Origin: Vicugna vicugna
Taxonomy: Eukaryota
Assembly (NCBI GenBank): GCA_013265495.1
Contig: MU061578.1
Location: 691,308 to 755,307, forward strand
DNA: 64,000 bases
Reading direction: 5' to 3'
Below, one piece after another: positions 26,701 to 38,600 of the stretch (the first letter of the stretch is position 1; each line of letters begins with the position of its first letter). Below the pieces are notes generated by a model that did not search any database, was not told the DNA's origin, and worked only from the letters and a program-made list of their open reading frames with translations. A program made the translations under genes and the position numbers.

Positions 26701-26784
26701 TGTTAAGCTGAGCTATATGAAATTGCCAATATTCTACCATTTTGGTCACAAAAAACCAGCAATTTCATACGGTACAGTCTAATA
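26701..26784. mobile_element. MADE2-like Tc1/mariner MITE
   Basis: About 84 bp with imperfect inverted ends: 'ttaagctgagctatatgaaattgc...gcaatttcatacggtacagtctaa'. Confidence 0.75.
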
Positions 26785-29700
26785 CTATGTTGCCAGTGAA
26801 ACTTAAAAGCCTCAAAAAACAAACAAAACAGGGTAGAAAATAAAACAATCAGAAGCCTTCTGCCTGTTGTCTCTTCTGCTCAGTCTGGGGACACCTGCAC
26901 ACTGGGGCTATTACTGTATGTCAAAAGCTGCTGACTTTCGGATCTTTACAGAAATGCTTGTCTTATGTGAAAAGAGTGGCCCAGGGTAGCTCTCGGGGCA
27001 AACGGATGGTCGTGAAATCTCCGAGTGAACCACGCTCTTGCTTTCTTCTCTAGCTGGTCTGAATCTAGTCCCTCCCTTCCGCCCTGATGTGGAGGGACGT
27101 TTTCATGCATTGGTTGTTAGGGGATGTTAGAATGTTTAGCAAGCAGGACAAGCATGATGAATGTCTCCCTTTTTGGTGAGATAACGTTTTCATCAAAGCT
27201 ATGTACGCATCAGACATATTTACCCAAATATCTGTAGCATAATTCCCTGAAAAGGAAGTAATCTTCCCCACATCCCCACCCCCGACCGCCTCCCAGGTTG
27301 GCTGCTCAAAGATGCAACAACGACCAAGTCATAATACACAAAGAAACCAAGAGCCAATCCAGAGAGAGAAGCCTGCCCCCAGGCTTAATTCAAGCAAGCC
27401 ATTCATCGAGCTAATGTGATGATGGACCTGTCAAATCCAGAACATGTCACGGACACATTAGCAACACCAAGTGGCATGCAATGACTGGATGACCATCGGC
27501 CCCACTGCCATGCTTTGATTGGTTCAAGCTCAGAAAACAATCTCCTTTGAGAGTTTGGACAGTCGGCTTTCCACGAATCAAAGTGAGATTAGAAATCAAG
27601 ATCTGAGGTGAGGTCAGGTGCTTACCAAATGTTCCCTAAGTGCCAAGGAAAGATGTTTGCCTCTTGCCGTTAAATTCGTCAAAGAGACTATAAAATTACC
27701 TAGTCCAGTCAGGTCTTTTTCTTTGGGGGAAATCTCTGCCCACACCAGATGGTCTTCATTCTGGAGGTCAGCATTCAGAAACCCTCAGGGTCCTCTGAGA
27801 TAATCAGCATGTGATCATTTAACCAGGAAGATGATGGGCAGAGAGTTGCAAAGTGGCCGTCAAGGACCTTCTGGCCAGTCCTGAGGTTACTGGAGTTCAA
27901 GATCTTCCTAAGGCCCCTGAATCTTTAATTTGATGAGGGCTTAATTTGTGCTGATTAAAGGTAAAATTCTACCGACTGGGGACACCAAACTTCTTTCGCT
28001 TTCAAGATGTCTGAAGAGTGAATCTCATGATTACAGAGAAAGTTTGTTGCCATTTCTCTTTTGATCAAGTTGACAGCCAGTGAGCATTACCAAAACATTC
28101 TCTATTCCTGCTAATTTTACTTCCTATTTTGAAGAAGTTTCTTTGGATTAAGGAGCTCCTCATCCTGCCTGTCTTCTAAGAGTAGGAACTAAGAGAGTCT
28201 CTCACTACTGAAATTACAATGTGATTGAATGTAAAAGGAAGTGATTACACAACTGCCCTGGGGTAATTCTACGTACTTGGCATCTTTAATCTCGATTCGA
28301 AAGCTACTCTGATAATTTCACATTTCCCCCCAAATATGTGTCTTCTATAAAACGGTCTTCCTTCTCTTTACCTGCTTACTAAAAACAAAAGGAAGCACCA
28401 CTATCTCATCAATACACTTTACAAATCTAACCAGAAACATCACTGTAGAGACTGTGTTCTGGTAATTTACCTGGTACTTGTTTCCCTTAATGCAACATTT
28501 CCATATGTGGCCAGTGTCTTGCTTATAATAAAGTGAAGCAGTGATCAATTTCTGCAGCAACCAAAAAGACCTAATGGGCAAATTTCTTTAATGAACAACA
28601 AGAGGCCAATTACACAGACAAGAGTATATTTAGTTGGTTTCTTCAACTGAAACTATTATGCTAAAGTGGGAATTGCAGAATTATTTAAGATTTACCAATC
28701 CAAGAATGAGGGCAATTTTTCAGTAGGATATGCCACCAATGAGAAATCTTAATAATATTAAAATCACAGATTTCATACATACACTTGCCTCTGTGGTGCC
28801 CCTGAATGCAGCAAAATTTTAACTTAATTTTTAGATGAATGCCAATGGAGATGACCAGATTCGCAAGTAATTCTATCTAAAAATAGTATTAAACATTGGT
28901 TTTTTTCTTTCCAAATGTCTAGATTGGTCTTATAGAAGAAAGCAATTTAAATTATATCTTTGTAATTAACCTTTTTTTTCAGCTTGGGGATAGATGCACT
29001 TCTACTGAGAAGCGAGATGAAAATCCAAAGAAATAAATCTGTTTAAGTTTCATATAATTATGCAGCAGGCTAAAGTTCCTATGATTATAATTATATCCAA
29101 AGTGGGTGTTTGAGAATTTAGAATCTCGAGATATTTTCATAAAAATAATTAAGGGTTGTAGATGAACCACATTACAATTGATACTTTGTGAATCTTCCAT
29201 GTGCAGAAATTTAATAGCATTAAGCCTTTTCATTTGTAGGATGATCCTGAGTATTTCAAGATTGTCATCATTTTTATTAGCTTTTTTGACCCTCTCAATT
29301 TTCCTAATCCAGTGTCAAAGTGGATTGAAGATAACAGCTTCCATAGAGTATATTTTGCATTCTGGCAACGGATCATTGGGTAACTGGACAATTTATGTAT
29401 TTAGAACTGCATGTTGACGATTGTTTGGATTCCTTTGGAGACTCCCTCCAGCCTTGAGAGCTCATTATGGCTGTTTATTGGAACATAGTAATAGTGCCTG
29501 CTTACAACCGGACAAAAGATCTCCATTCTATCTTGCCAAAGAGCCATTGATTACAAGTCTATGCATGGGGTTTTCAAAGTGCAGCTTTCAGGGTTCAAGA
29601 ATTTCTTTTGCTTTGGTATACCTCAGAAGAATTCTGGAGCTACAATGAGCTAACAACACATCTTGTGAGAAATGGAATGGGACTGCAGAGAAAGCACACC

Positions 29701-30776
29701 ACGGCAAACCGAGATAGGAACTAAATCACGAGAGGCCAGCGAGGAGGACCAGTGTCTGCGGACACCCCCCCTTCACGAGTCAAAGACATCGCCTGCTTAC
29801 CTGTCTGACCCAGCATGCCTCAGCCACACATGCAAATTGTTATCATTACTGTTTTATTCATGAAACATATTTTTAAATGAAAGGAGTCATTACCAAAAAT
29901 AAGCACCCTCAATGACATTTGGGCATGCAGAGCATCTAAACATTCACATTTATGTCCTCAGAAAACAGAGCCAACGATTTGCATTCAATATGGAAACGCA
30001 CACTCTCTTTTTCCAAAGCACCGATACGGAAATAGCTGTGGCTTGCCATTTAAGAAACCGACTCATCTGTTAAGCCTGGGTAACGGGTAATCGAGCTCCT
30101 CCACCCCCCACCCCTCACCCCCGCCATCCAATTCTGACTTCTGCGTTTCTTAAACCCACTTCTGTCCCTTCCGCTGCCAGTCTTAACATGTGGTGTGCAT
30201 TACACATAAATGTTGGCTTATGTTCGTAGGAACGGTCACCGGGCATTGCCAAAAAGAACGGCTCTCCTTATGAATGCCAGATACGCCTTCCCCCATTCCT
30301 TTGCTTTGGATTTAAAAATGCAATGAGGGGACTGCTTTTCTGGGTGTACAAAGATGGAAAAAAGGGAAATGGGGTGCTTAAAATCGAGGTAAACCTGCAG
30401 GATCATCTCCTGGGTTTCGTCCTATGAGTTCGATGAAACCAGTGTCTCACAGAGAAGACCGTGAGGGGGTTGTACAGGGAGTGTAGCTTGTGCGTGCAAA
30501 GTGTGCTGTCACAGAACTGAGATCTAAAAGAACTAGGCACAGACAAAACGTGGTCTTTGTGTCTTAGCAGAGAGGGCAAGGGTTAGAGTGAACTAGGCGC
30601 CGTCGTGCATCCTCTCTGTATGTGACCCTGTGATTACCTCCACCGTGGGACCCGACTGTTTGGGTGCTGCCTCCCCAGCAGTCATGCATTTGCACCAAGA
30701 CCCGACGAGAATCCCGTCTCCCACCAGCTAAGTTAATTTCCAAGTAGTTGTCAAGCACGAGAAGGAAGACCCTTAC

Positions 30777-30841
30777 CTGTCACTGTAGGCAGCGGCAGTG
30801 GCGGGGGTAGGTTGGGCGTAGCGGTATGCAGCGTAACCACC
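30777..30841 (-). CDS. RBFOX1: RBFOX1 65-nt coding exon, GGYAAYRYAQPTPATAAAYSD(S/R)
   Basis: Minus strand: ccttgtgttttag|GGTGGTTACGCT...AGTGACAG|gtaagg. Phase 0 in, phase 2 out. Confidence 0.97.
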
Positions 30842-33278
30842 CTAAAACACAAGGAGAAATCTGACTCAGGGATGCAGAGGAGGCCACCTCAGGGCGCCCA
30901 CACGTGAGATCACACCAGAACAGCAGTTACCCACATCTACCAATCTAAAGTGGAGGTTAATGAAAGCTTAGTATCGAAGCAGAAGAACAGAACACGCCGG
31001 AGAGACAGGGGTGGAGTACCGCCCCAGCTGGATGTTACAGGTTAGCAGTTGTAAGCATATTCCAAAGGGAGAACCCAGATCCTCTTCGAGAGAGATGTGC
31101 CTACATGTTAATGGTAACTTGGGGTTGGAGAGAGGATTATGGGGAATTATTTAAATATTTTTTATACTTTGCTGAACTTTCCAGATTTTCAAAAGTGATT
31201 ATGCCTATTACTTACTAGCTAAGAGGTTACATTTTATTCAAACAGTCTTTGATTACTACCTTAAAAATCCAATATAGGTCAAGCTAATGCCCTGCTGTCT
31301 TACTTTTATATTTATAAAAAAATGAACAGAATCCTTTGATTGAAAGTTTATTAGAAGTCTCTTGCATATGTAGTCGTTCAACCACTAAAGCAATTAAAGA
31401 AGGCTGTCTTTAGCTTTCTAAATGTCACGTAATGATTAAAAAAAAAAAAAGGAATGGCGAGCCCTTCTTAAAAATTCTGTCTTTTCAGCTAAAGATATCA
31501 CACTGGTTCAGATGGGGAATTTGTCTGGTGTGGAAAATATGATAAAGTCTTCCAATTTGTAAATAAAATCATTAGGAGAGAAAAAAAAATCTGAGAAAAA
31601 TAATTAACATTTAGTTGTATGTACCAGTAATTGCAATTGTTCAATTAAGCAGAGGACAAGCAAATGGGCATTTTCGAAAGGAATTGTGTTCAGTGGAGCA
31701 TTGATTATCAAACTGTGAAAATAACAGAGCTTCTTGCTCAGCAGACCACAGCCATAGATCAACCACTGTCGAGTGATCTCAGCACAATTAACAAACAGGA
31801 CCCAGTCTCCACCGATAACACAGGGACCATTCAGGTGCTAATTGGAAATGCATAGTCCCAGAAGACCCCGAGGGAAGCCTTCTCACCCTCACTGTAAAGG
31901 GACAATTCAGGGCAGATTACCGAGTCAGCGCATCTCCGATAGTCAGATAACTGTTGGGGCGGGGGGTGGGGGAGGCTTAACAGAACCTTAGTGGGGGGAG
32001 TTCGTTATTTTTGGCTCTCTATAGAGGGGAAGAACTAAATCGTAGGACAGAAAACTGATGAATGATGAAACAGCAAAAAGCATCTTTTAAAATGCAGATG
32101 CACTCGTCTCGGTAGTTTATTTCTACCCTCTGCCCGTTGCAGCTAACTTTCAGAGTAAATTTGCTATTGCTTCCATAGCAATTCCAGAAAGGCAGTTTAT
32201 CCTTAAACAAGTTTGTTCTTCGGATCGTTCTGGAGAAGACACATCCAAGACATTCTGACAGATAATCACCAATAATTTGGAACCCGTAGTTTAAAAAAAA
32301 AAAAAGTCTCTCTTGAAAAACAATGTGGAAGTTAAAAAAAGAGGTCTATAGCCAGACACCACCTGGTGTTCCAAACACCATGTTCTCTAATTAGGAACGG
32401 AGAAACTCATTAAATGTGCTGAGGGGTTGCAAAACCAAAGCAGTTGTCACACCAGCACCAAGCTCAAGATGCAGACTGAGGGGCTGAGGGGAAACTGGGT
32501 CACCGGATTTCTGGAGCCATGCTTTTCATCTGCCTGCCCAGCTCCTTGGCTTTCATCGTGCATCCACAAAGACGCAGGTGTGCAGCTATGCATCCTAACT
32601 TAATGAGGTAGGGAGGGGCTGGCATTGGCTAGCTGACTGCTAGGAGGCATTAGCTGCAACCAGCTGAAAGCTTTGAGTGGAGAAGCTTTGTGTATGTGTG
32701 TATGTGTGTGTTATTTTTTTGTCCACTCCCAGAATGAAAAACAAGAATTCTTGCAAAGATCTCTAAATCAAAGGCCATGTCAAGTCAATTGTGATTTGGC
32801 GACTATGAATTTGGTCCCAACAAAGATAGCTAGCAACGTCCTGCTGACAAACCCTTTTCGTTTGAACTCTTTAACTTCCCCAGCTTCTGCAGTGGTTTCC
32901 ATCAGTGGAAGCTGGTAACAAGTATGATAAGTGGGAAAAACTAGAATATACCTAAAAGGAACCTCACTGACTGCTTAATGCTTATTGCATGAACATGAAA
33001 TGGATGTGGGGACACCGGGGGTCCTTCTGCACGACAGAGGGGCAGAAGGAAGCTTTGGGAAGGACCTGGCCTCTGTATGTTTGCATTTGACTTGGCCGTT
33101 TAGAGAAAATAAGTGTGTGTTTCCATTGCAAGGCAGGCACAAGTAGTCAATGTCCTGGCGTTTGTCTTTGTTATTTAAGACTTTGTTTTACAGGCATTTC
33201 TGATGCAACAGTCAGAGTCATAGCTGGCTAAAGTCTGTGGAGCCAGTGGAGAGATTTTGACCTTGATCAGCGATCTCC

Positions 33279-33482
33279 TTGCTCTCCAGTAGACCTGATG
33301 GTGATGGAGATGTTCTGTATCTGTGTTGTCCAATATGGTGGCCACTTGTCCTAAATGTCTAGCAAACCTTGAAATGTGGCTGGTACGGCAAACAAAAATT
33401 TTAATTTATTTAATTTGAGTTCATTTGAATTTAAATGTAAATAGCCACATGGGGCTGGTGGCTGCAGTACTGGACATTCCAG
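33279..33482 (+). mobile_element. MER3-like hAT-Charlie MITE
   Basis: 'gatggagatgttctgtatctgtgttgtccaatatggtggccact...ttgaaatgtggct...aaatagccacatggggctggtggctgcagtactggaca'. Confidence 0.85.
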
Positions 33483-34189
33483 GTCTAAGTGATCCATGAA
33501 ATATATCATAACTGGAAAAAGAAAGAGATTGGATGGCTTGATACCTCTATATCCACATATTGCATTGTCTCCCTGTGCTATATTTATTCTGTATGAAGTC
33601 AATTTAAGGGGAAAGCTAGAGTTGTGTATTAACTCGGTGTATGTGTGCAGACACTGTAAAATGATCAAAAAAAATACAAATTGCTTTAATTTGCCTTTCT
33701 AACAGGTGACTCTAATCAATTTTATTGCTCTGTATTTTGCAGCTCGCTGAACATAGCCAAGGCTTCTGCAAGGTTCTGGGCTAATGTCTGAGAAAAAGCG
33801 CTCACTGCCGTTTGCAGTCACCAAACCGTGTTCATGTTGAAACTGGTCCTCCTAGATTATAGGACAAAACAATGCGTCCTTGGACAATTAGATTTTTCCC
33901 ACCACCAAACCAAAGGGAGAAGAGGGGTGACAAGCACAGGACGGTTCTACCCTCCCTACTCATAAAATGTACTCACTCTCACATGCTGGGCAGCGAAATA
34001 CAAATGTGACCTTACAGAGAATATAAAACTTAAATGGTCATTATGGATTCCCCCTCCCACCCCTGCCACCACCATCAGATGTGGCCAGAATATACCGACT
34101 CACATGGTTGGAAACACTTCCTTTGTTAGCGAGACCTCTGGAGGTCCATTGCAGGGGGCACACACCAATTAAGGACCTCTAATGATGCT

Positions 34190-34340
34190 CCAGTGAACCA
34201 TTTTCAAAACTGTGCTTGATGGGATATTCATGGTGGCAGGGAAAGGAAAGGTTTCCTGACCAAATAGGTTTGGGAGATGCTGAGTTAAACGAAATGAAAC
34301 TGGTTCCTCATTTGTGGAACTTCGTAAAGCAATAATGATG
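34190..34340. mobile_element. hAT-Charlie fragment (MER103-like)
   Basis: 'gaccaaataggtttgggagatgctgagttaaac...ggttcctcatttgtggaacttc'. Confidence 0.5.
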
Positions 34341-35600
34341 AACACTGTGGCTCCCCACTGCATCGCTAATTGGTTTGACAGTGGAAATCACACTTTTAAC
34401 TCGAGAGCACACTTTGGGGAAAAGGTGTTCAAATATTCAAATGGCGAACTGCTTAGGAAGTGGGGTGAGATTTTTGTGTGCTGGTGGGGACACGGGATTG
34501 GGTAGGACTGTAATATGCCATGGCCTCCCCAGCTTTCTGCGAATATTCAAGGATCCCACTTTGTGCAAAACAGGTGGATGAAACTATACATAAAATTTAT
34601 GCAGTATAATGACATTTACAAGAACATTGGCAAAACGTGAAACATAAATATAAATCATTACTCTTTCAATTTATCTGCATGATGGTGATTTTCAATTTAT
34701 CTCAGCTGATTTTGAAGTGTAGCAATAGAAGTCCAGTTTTCTTAAAAAGTGAAAATAAAAGTTAATCTTAGCAATTTGAAGTATTTGGTCCTCTCCTAGG
34801 TCCAAGTACCCACTGTTTTCATCTTAGATTTCTTATTGAAACTTGATTAATCTCACGAAACAAAACCCAACAAAAAACACCTGTATTTTCTTAATTGACT
34901 TAATACCAAACAAAAATGAGATTTGCAGGTTATAGGGAAACCATGTTATAAAGCTCCCACTGATCGCCTTTAGTTTTACCTTCTTCTTTCATTTTATTTG
35001 ACAGTTTTAATGTTGATTACACACCAGATTTGGAGACTTAGCCAGCTACCCTCCAATGGATGTGTTGGGGTTTTTTCTTCCCACAAGTTCATTTGGGGGT
35101 TGCTGAAGCACTGAGAAACAGGTTTGAGAGCTGTGGCAAGAGTTGTGAAATATATTTATAAGAAACTACAGTGAAACCAGCGGAAGTTATGTTAGCTATG
35201 CTGTCCCTCATTGCTGGATGTATAAAAGGTCTTTGGTTTAACCATCTCAGTTGACTTCAGGGACCTACCAAAAAATGTTTCAGACAACTGGTTCGATGAA
35301 ACCCTTGAGTTCTTTTCACTGAATTTACATTAACTGAATCCAGATGCATTTTTAAGCCAAGAAAATGAATAGCCAAGCCAGACCTCCCTTTTGGTAACAC
35401 ACATCGTCTAGCAAAGAGGGAGAATTTGAGGACGGGCATCTCTGTCCTAGAATTCACATCAAAACTGGAAAATTCAGTGAAGTCTTCCCTCCTTCTACGT
35501 TAGAGAACACCGCCCCTCCCCAGAAGTGTCTTGTTAGTAGGATTTCACAGCAAACCCCCAGTCATAGTGATGAGTTTTTCCACCAGCCGGGATTTCATAC

Positions 35601-35643
35601 CTGGAGCAATTTATTGCCATACACAGGCTCTTGGTACACTACT
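35601..35643 (-). CDS. RBFOX1: RBFOX1 alternative exon M43 (muscle), (G)VVYQEPVYGNKLLQ
   Basis: Minus strand: tttccttatag|AGTAGTGTACCAAGAGCCTGTGTATGGCAATAAATTGCTCCAG|gtatga. Exactly 43 nt; same phase as B40 and similar peptide (VVYQ...YG). Confidence 0.95.
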
Positions 35644-38600
35644 CTATAAGGAAACAGAAATGTAATGTTTTCAATGCAAAACTGAAATAAATAAAAAGAA
35701 AATGCACAAGTCAGACAGAAATTCCAGAGCAATTCATTTACAAGTTTGCTTCTCTTATTTCACGGAGACCCTAAGCATGACCCAGGAAACCGAGAGGAAC
35801 CAGGCACCGCCAGATGTTTTTAGTCACAAATCTCTGTGACTGGGAGCATCAATCGAGAAGAGGGAGCGGGGATCCCACTGCACTCACTGCATCTGTGATA
35901 TAACCTGTGTTTATTTTTAAAGAAGGAAAAAGGATACTTTCATGGCTTCTTTTCCTTCCAAGCATATTTCAGCAGTTCAGGTGAACCATCTCATGTTTCT
36001 CTCTTTAGCTCATCCTTGGGATGTTCTGGAACACCCGAGAATTTAACCTTGCTACCTAATTACTGAGGCAGTGAAGATGACACCACAGCGCAACCGTAAT
36101 GGTATCAGTGCCTTCATTTTTAAAAAATTTAATTTCAAATAACCACAGACAGCCCAACTGCATCTCATGAAATAATGAATCACATTGATGTCCCAAAGCT
36201 GTTTTTAACATACACAACTAGAAAAACGACATGTGTGTGCACCTGGGTCTAGAAAAGCTTCTTTCCTTCCCAGAAGCTTTTCCAGATCCCTTGACATTGT
36301 CATCACTTCACGCAAGTTCAACACTCACGAGGTCTCAGTAGGACAGGATCCCTGGGACAGACTGGGGAGCGGTTTGTGGGTGGGAAAGTTATTCTCGCAG
36401 GAAGCTAATCTTTCATGTGAGCGGTTCTAGCTGGAAGCGAAATTTTCCAGTTCCAGGGTAGACATCGAGGGGACGGAACCTTTTAAGAGATTTAGGGATT
36501 TGCCTTATAAAGCTGTGTGTGTATAAAATAGATTCCTAATAGAGTCTGGCTTTTCTTTCCAATTTAGTTCTGATTAGCCTTCCTTTTTAAGTTAAAAACC
36601 TACGTTTGTGGGACTATGCCTGTAAATCTAGCTCTCTCTCTCTCTCTCTCTCTCTTATTTGAATATTTCAAGTATAGATATTATCCCCAGGGGCCTGCCT
36701 GCCCCACTTGGTCTCCATTATGCTCTCGCTTCTCACCCTCCTCCTTTCTTTTCTTTCACTGCGATTCTCAAGTTTGCTCACTGAGGACAACAATGTTATT
36801 CTGTTGGCTCTGGGCTTAGGGGTTGAACCCGGTAGCTAGGTCACGTGGGCTCAAACCCCAATGCCAGTGAAGATTTCTGGACAAATTATTTCACCTATTT
36901 TTTGAAAAAAGTCTCCTCTTCTGGGGGGAAAAAAAACCAGCAACAATGGAGTTGATGGGTAATGGGTAATGCGATTCCTCCTTCGTAGGTGAGGAGGGGA
37001 TGAGGTGATGCAGTCAAGGCTGACTGTCTTGCCTTTCCCACAGTAGATGCTTGCCTTCCTGGTCGGTCCCTTCCCCCTGGTGACGGATCAGCCTAAGGCC
37101 CATCCCCGGCTGACTCACACTGAAAGTCCGGTCTCAGGAATAAGGACCTGGGGGTTTTATTCCGAGAATTTCCGCTTTCCAGCTTTACGTGTTCCGGAAA
37201 GCAACTGACACTTCTCCCTCTGGAGCTCAAACCTCAGTGAAATGAGAACACCTCTCTGTTTTAAGATCCATGGATGGCAGAGCAACATGAATTCAGAAAT
37301 AACTGTGTTGAGCTGTGGTGCCAACCAGAAGCTTGTTACAACAGGGTTGAGGCGTGGCGCAAACATGCACTGGAACCTCATTGAGACATGGTCACTAGGT
37401 AGCCTCACACCTGCACTGAGGGTCTGGAAAGCTTAAGGCTTTCCGAATAAAAGGGAGCAAGGAAAGCATTTATATTCTATTATTAGTTCTCTCTCTCTCT
37501 TCTTGTTCCTTGTCCTCTTTTCCCTACTTCCCAGGTCCCAGAACTCTGTATCTTACTCTAGTTTGTCAGGTCTTCTTTATAGCTTTATGAGCATTTCCTT
37601 CTCTCCATTTTCAATAATTCTTTTGCTTAAACACCACATTCTCTGCTATGTCCCTGCATGGGGGAAGACACCTATCTTGGGTAAGCTCAGTTCCTCTACC
37701 CTTATTTTCAGGAACTTGATCAGTGCCGGCCTTAGGAGGTCTAGAGTTTCACCCCTAAATAGAATGCATGGCTTTGCAGGTCCAGGGAACGTGGTCCTCC
37801 TACTCCAACGTTCAGTTTCTCATACCCATGTGTCTCCTCTCCTATTATTTATATATATATTTTTCTTTATGTGTGTATATATATATATTTTTTTCTTTAA
37901 CTTGGTCCACTTTCTCATTAAAAAGAATTTATTGAAATATGTACCACCAAGCAGTAATGGCGAACTTGTAGCTTTGATATGCAAGTTACATAAGCAGTGT
38001 GGCTGTGGAATACAGCCTCCAGTAGGAGGGGTGCAGCTTGTGACCTCTGTCGTCCTCCTTGCTGACCCAGAACCCCCTGCATCCACTGATGGGTGGCCTG
38101 AACGGGACAGGCTGCATTTCTCCTGCAGAGCTGGGCTCCGGCGTGCGATGATTTCTCCTTGCACTCAGCCCAGAGGAGCCTCCCTGGTTTTCCCCTTGGT
38201 TTCTAGCTCACGGCATCTGAGAACAAATCTACTGCCTCCAGCACTTTCAAGGTGTCTATGATCATGTCTGTCTCTCTCCTTAATCCTCCCTTCTCTGAAA
38301 GGTTTAAGGCGAGCTAGCCCTAGACAGGAGGTTGTGGCTTGCTAGGGGCAGGGATCCTGCAGGTCTCTCAGATCCTAAGTGCTTAGGCAGGGCTGGGACA
38401 TGCCTGAGGGCTCCAACGCCAGCTGGGAGGGATGGAAAGACCTTGGACAACAGAGAGGAAAAGTGGTACATGGTCAAGGCTGGGGACGATCTGAGTAGGC
38501 AGCACTGGAGAGTAGACTCTTCTTACCTTCCTTAAAAGTAACCAAAGCCAGAACTCAGCCCAATAAAATTAAAGAGGAACAACTGGTTTAAACCTATTAG

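Noticed and set aside
37503..38261. Longest ORF in the track (252 aa, plus strand)
   Set aside because: Non-ATG start, runs through CT- and TA-rich low-complexity sequence, no recognisable domain, antisense intronic.
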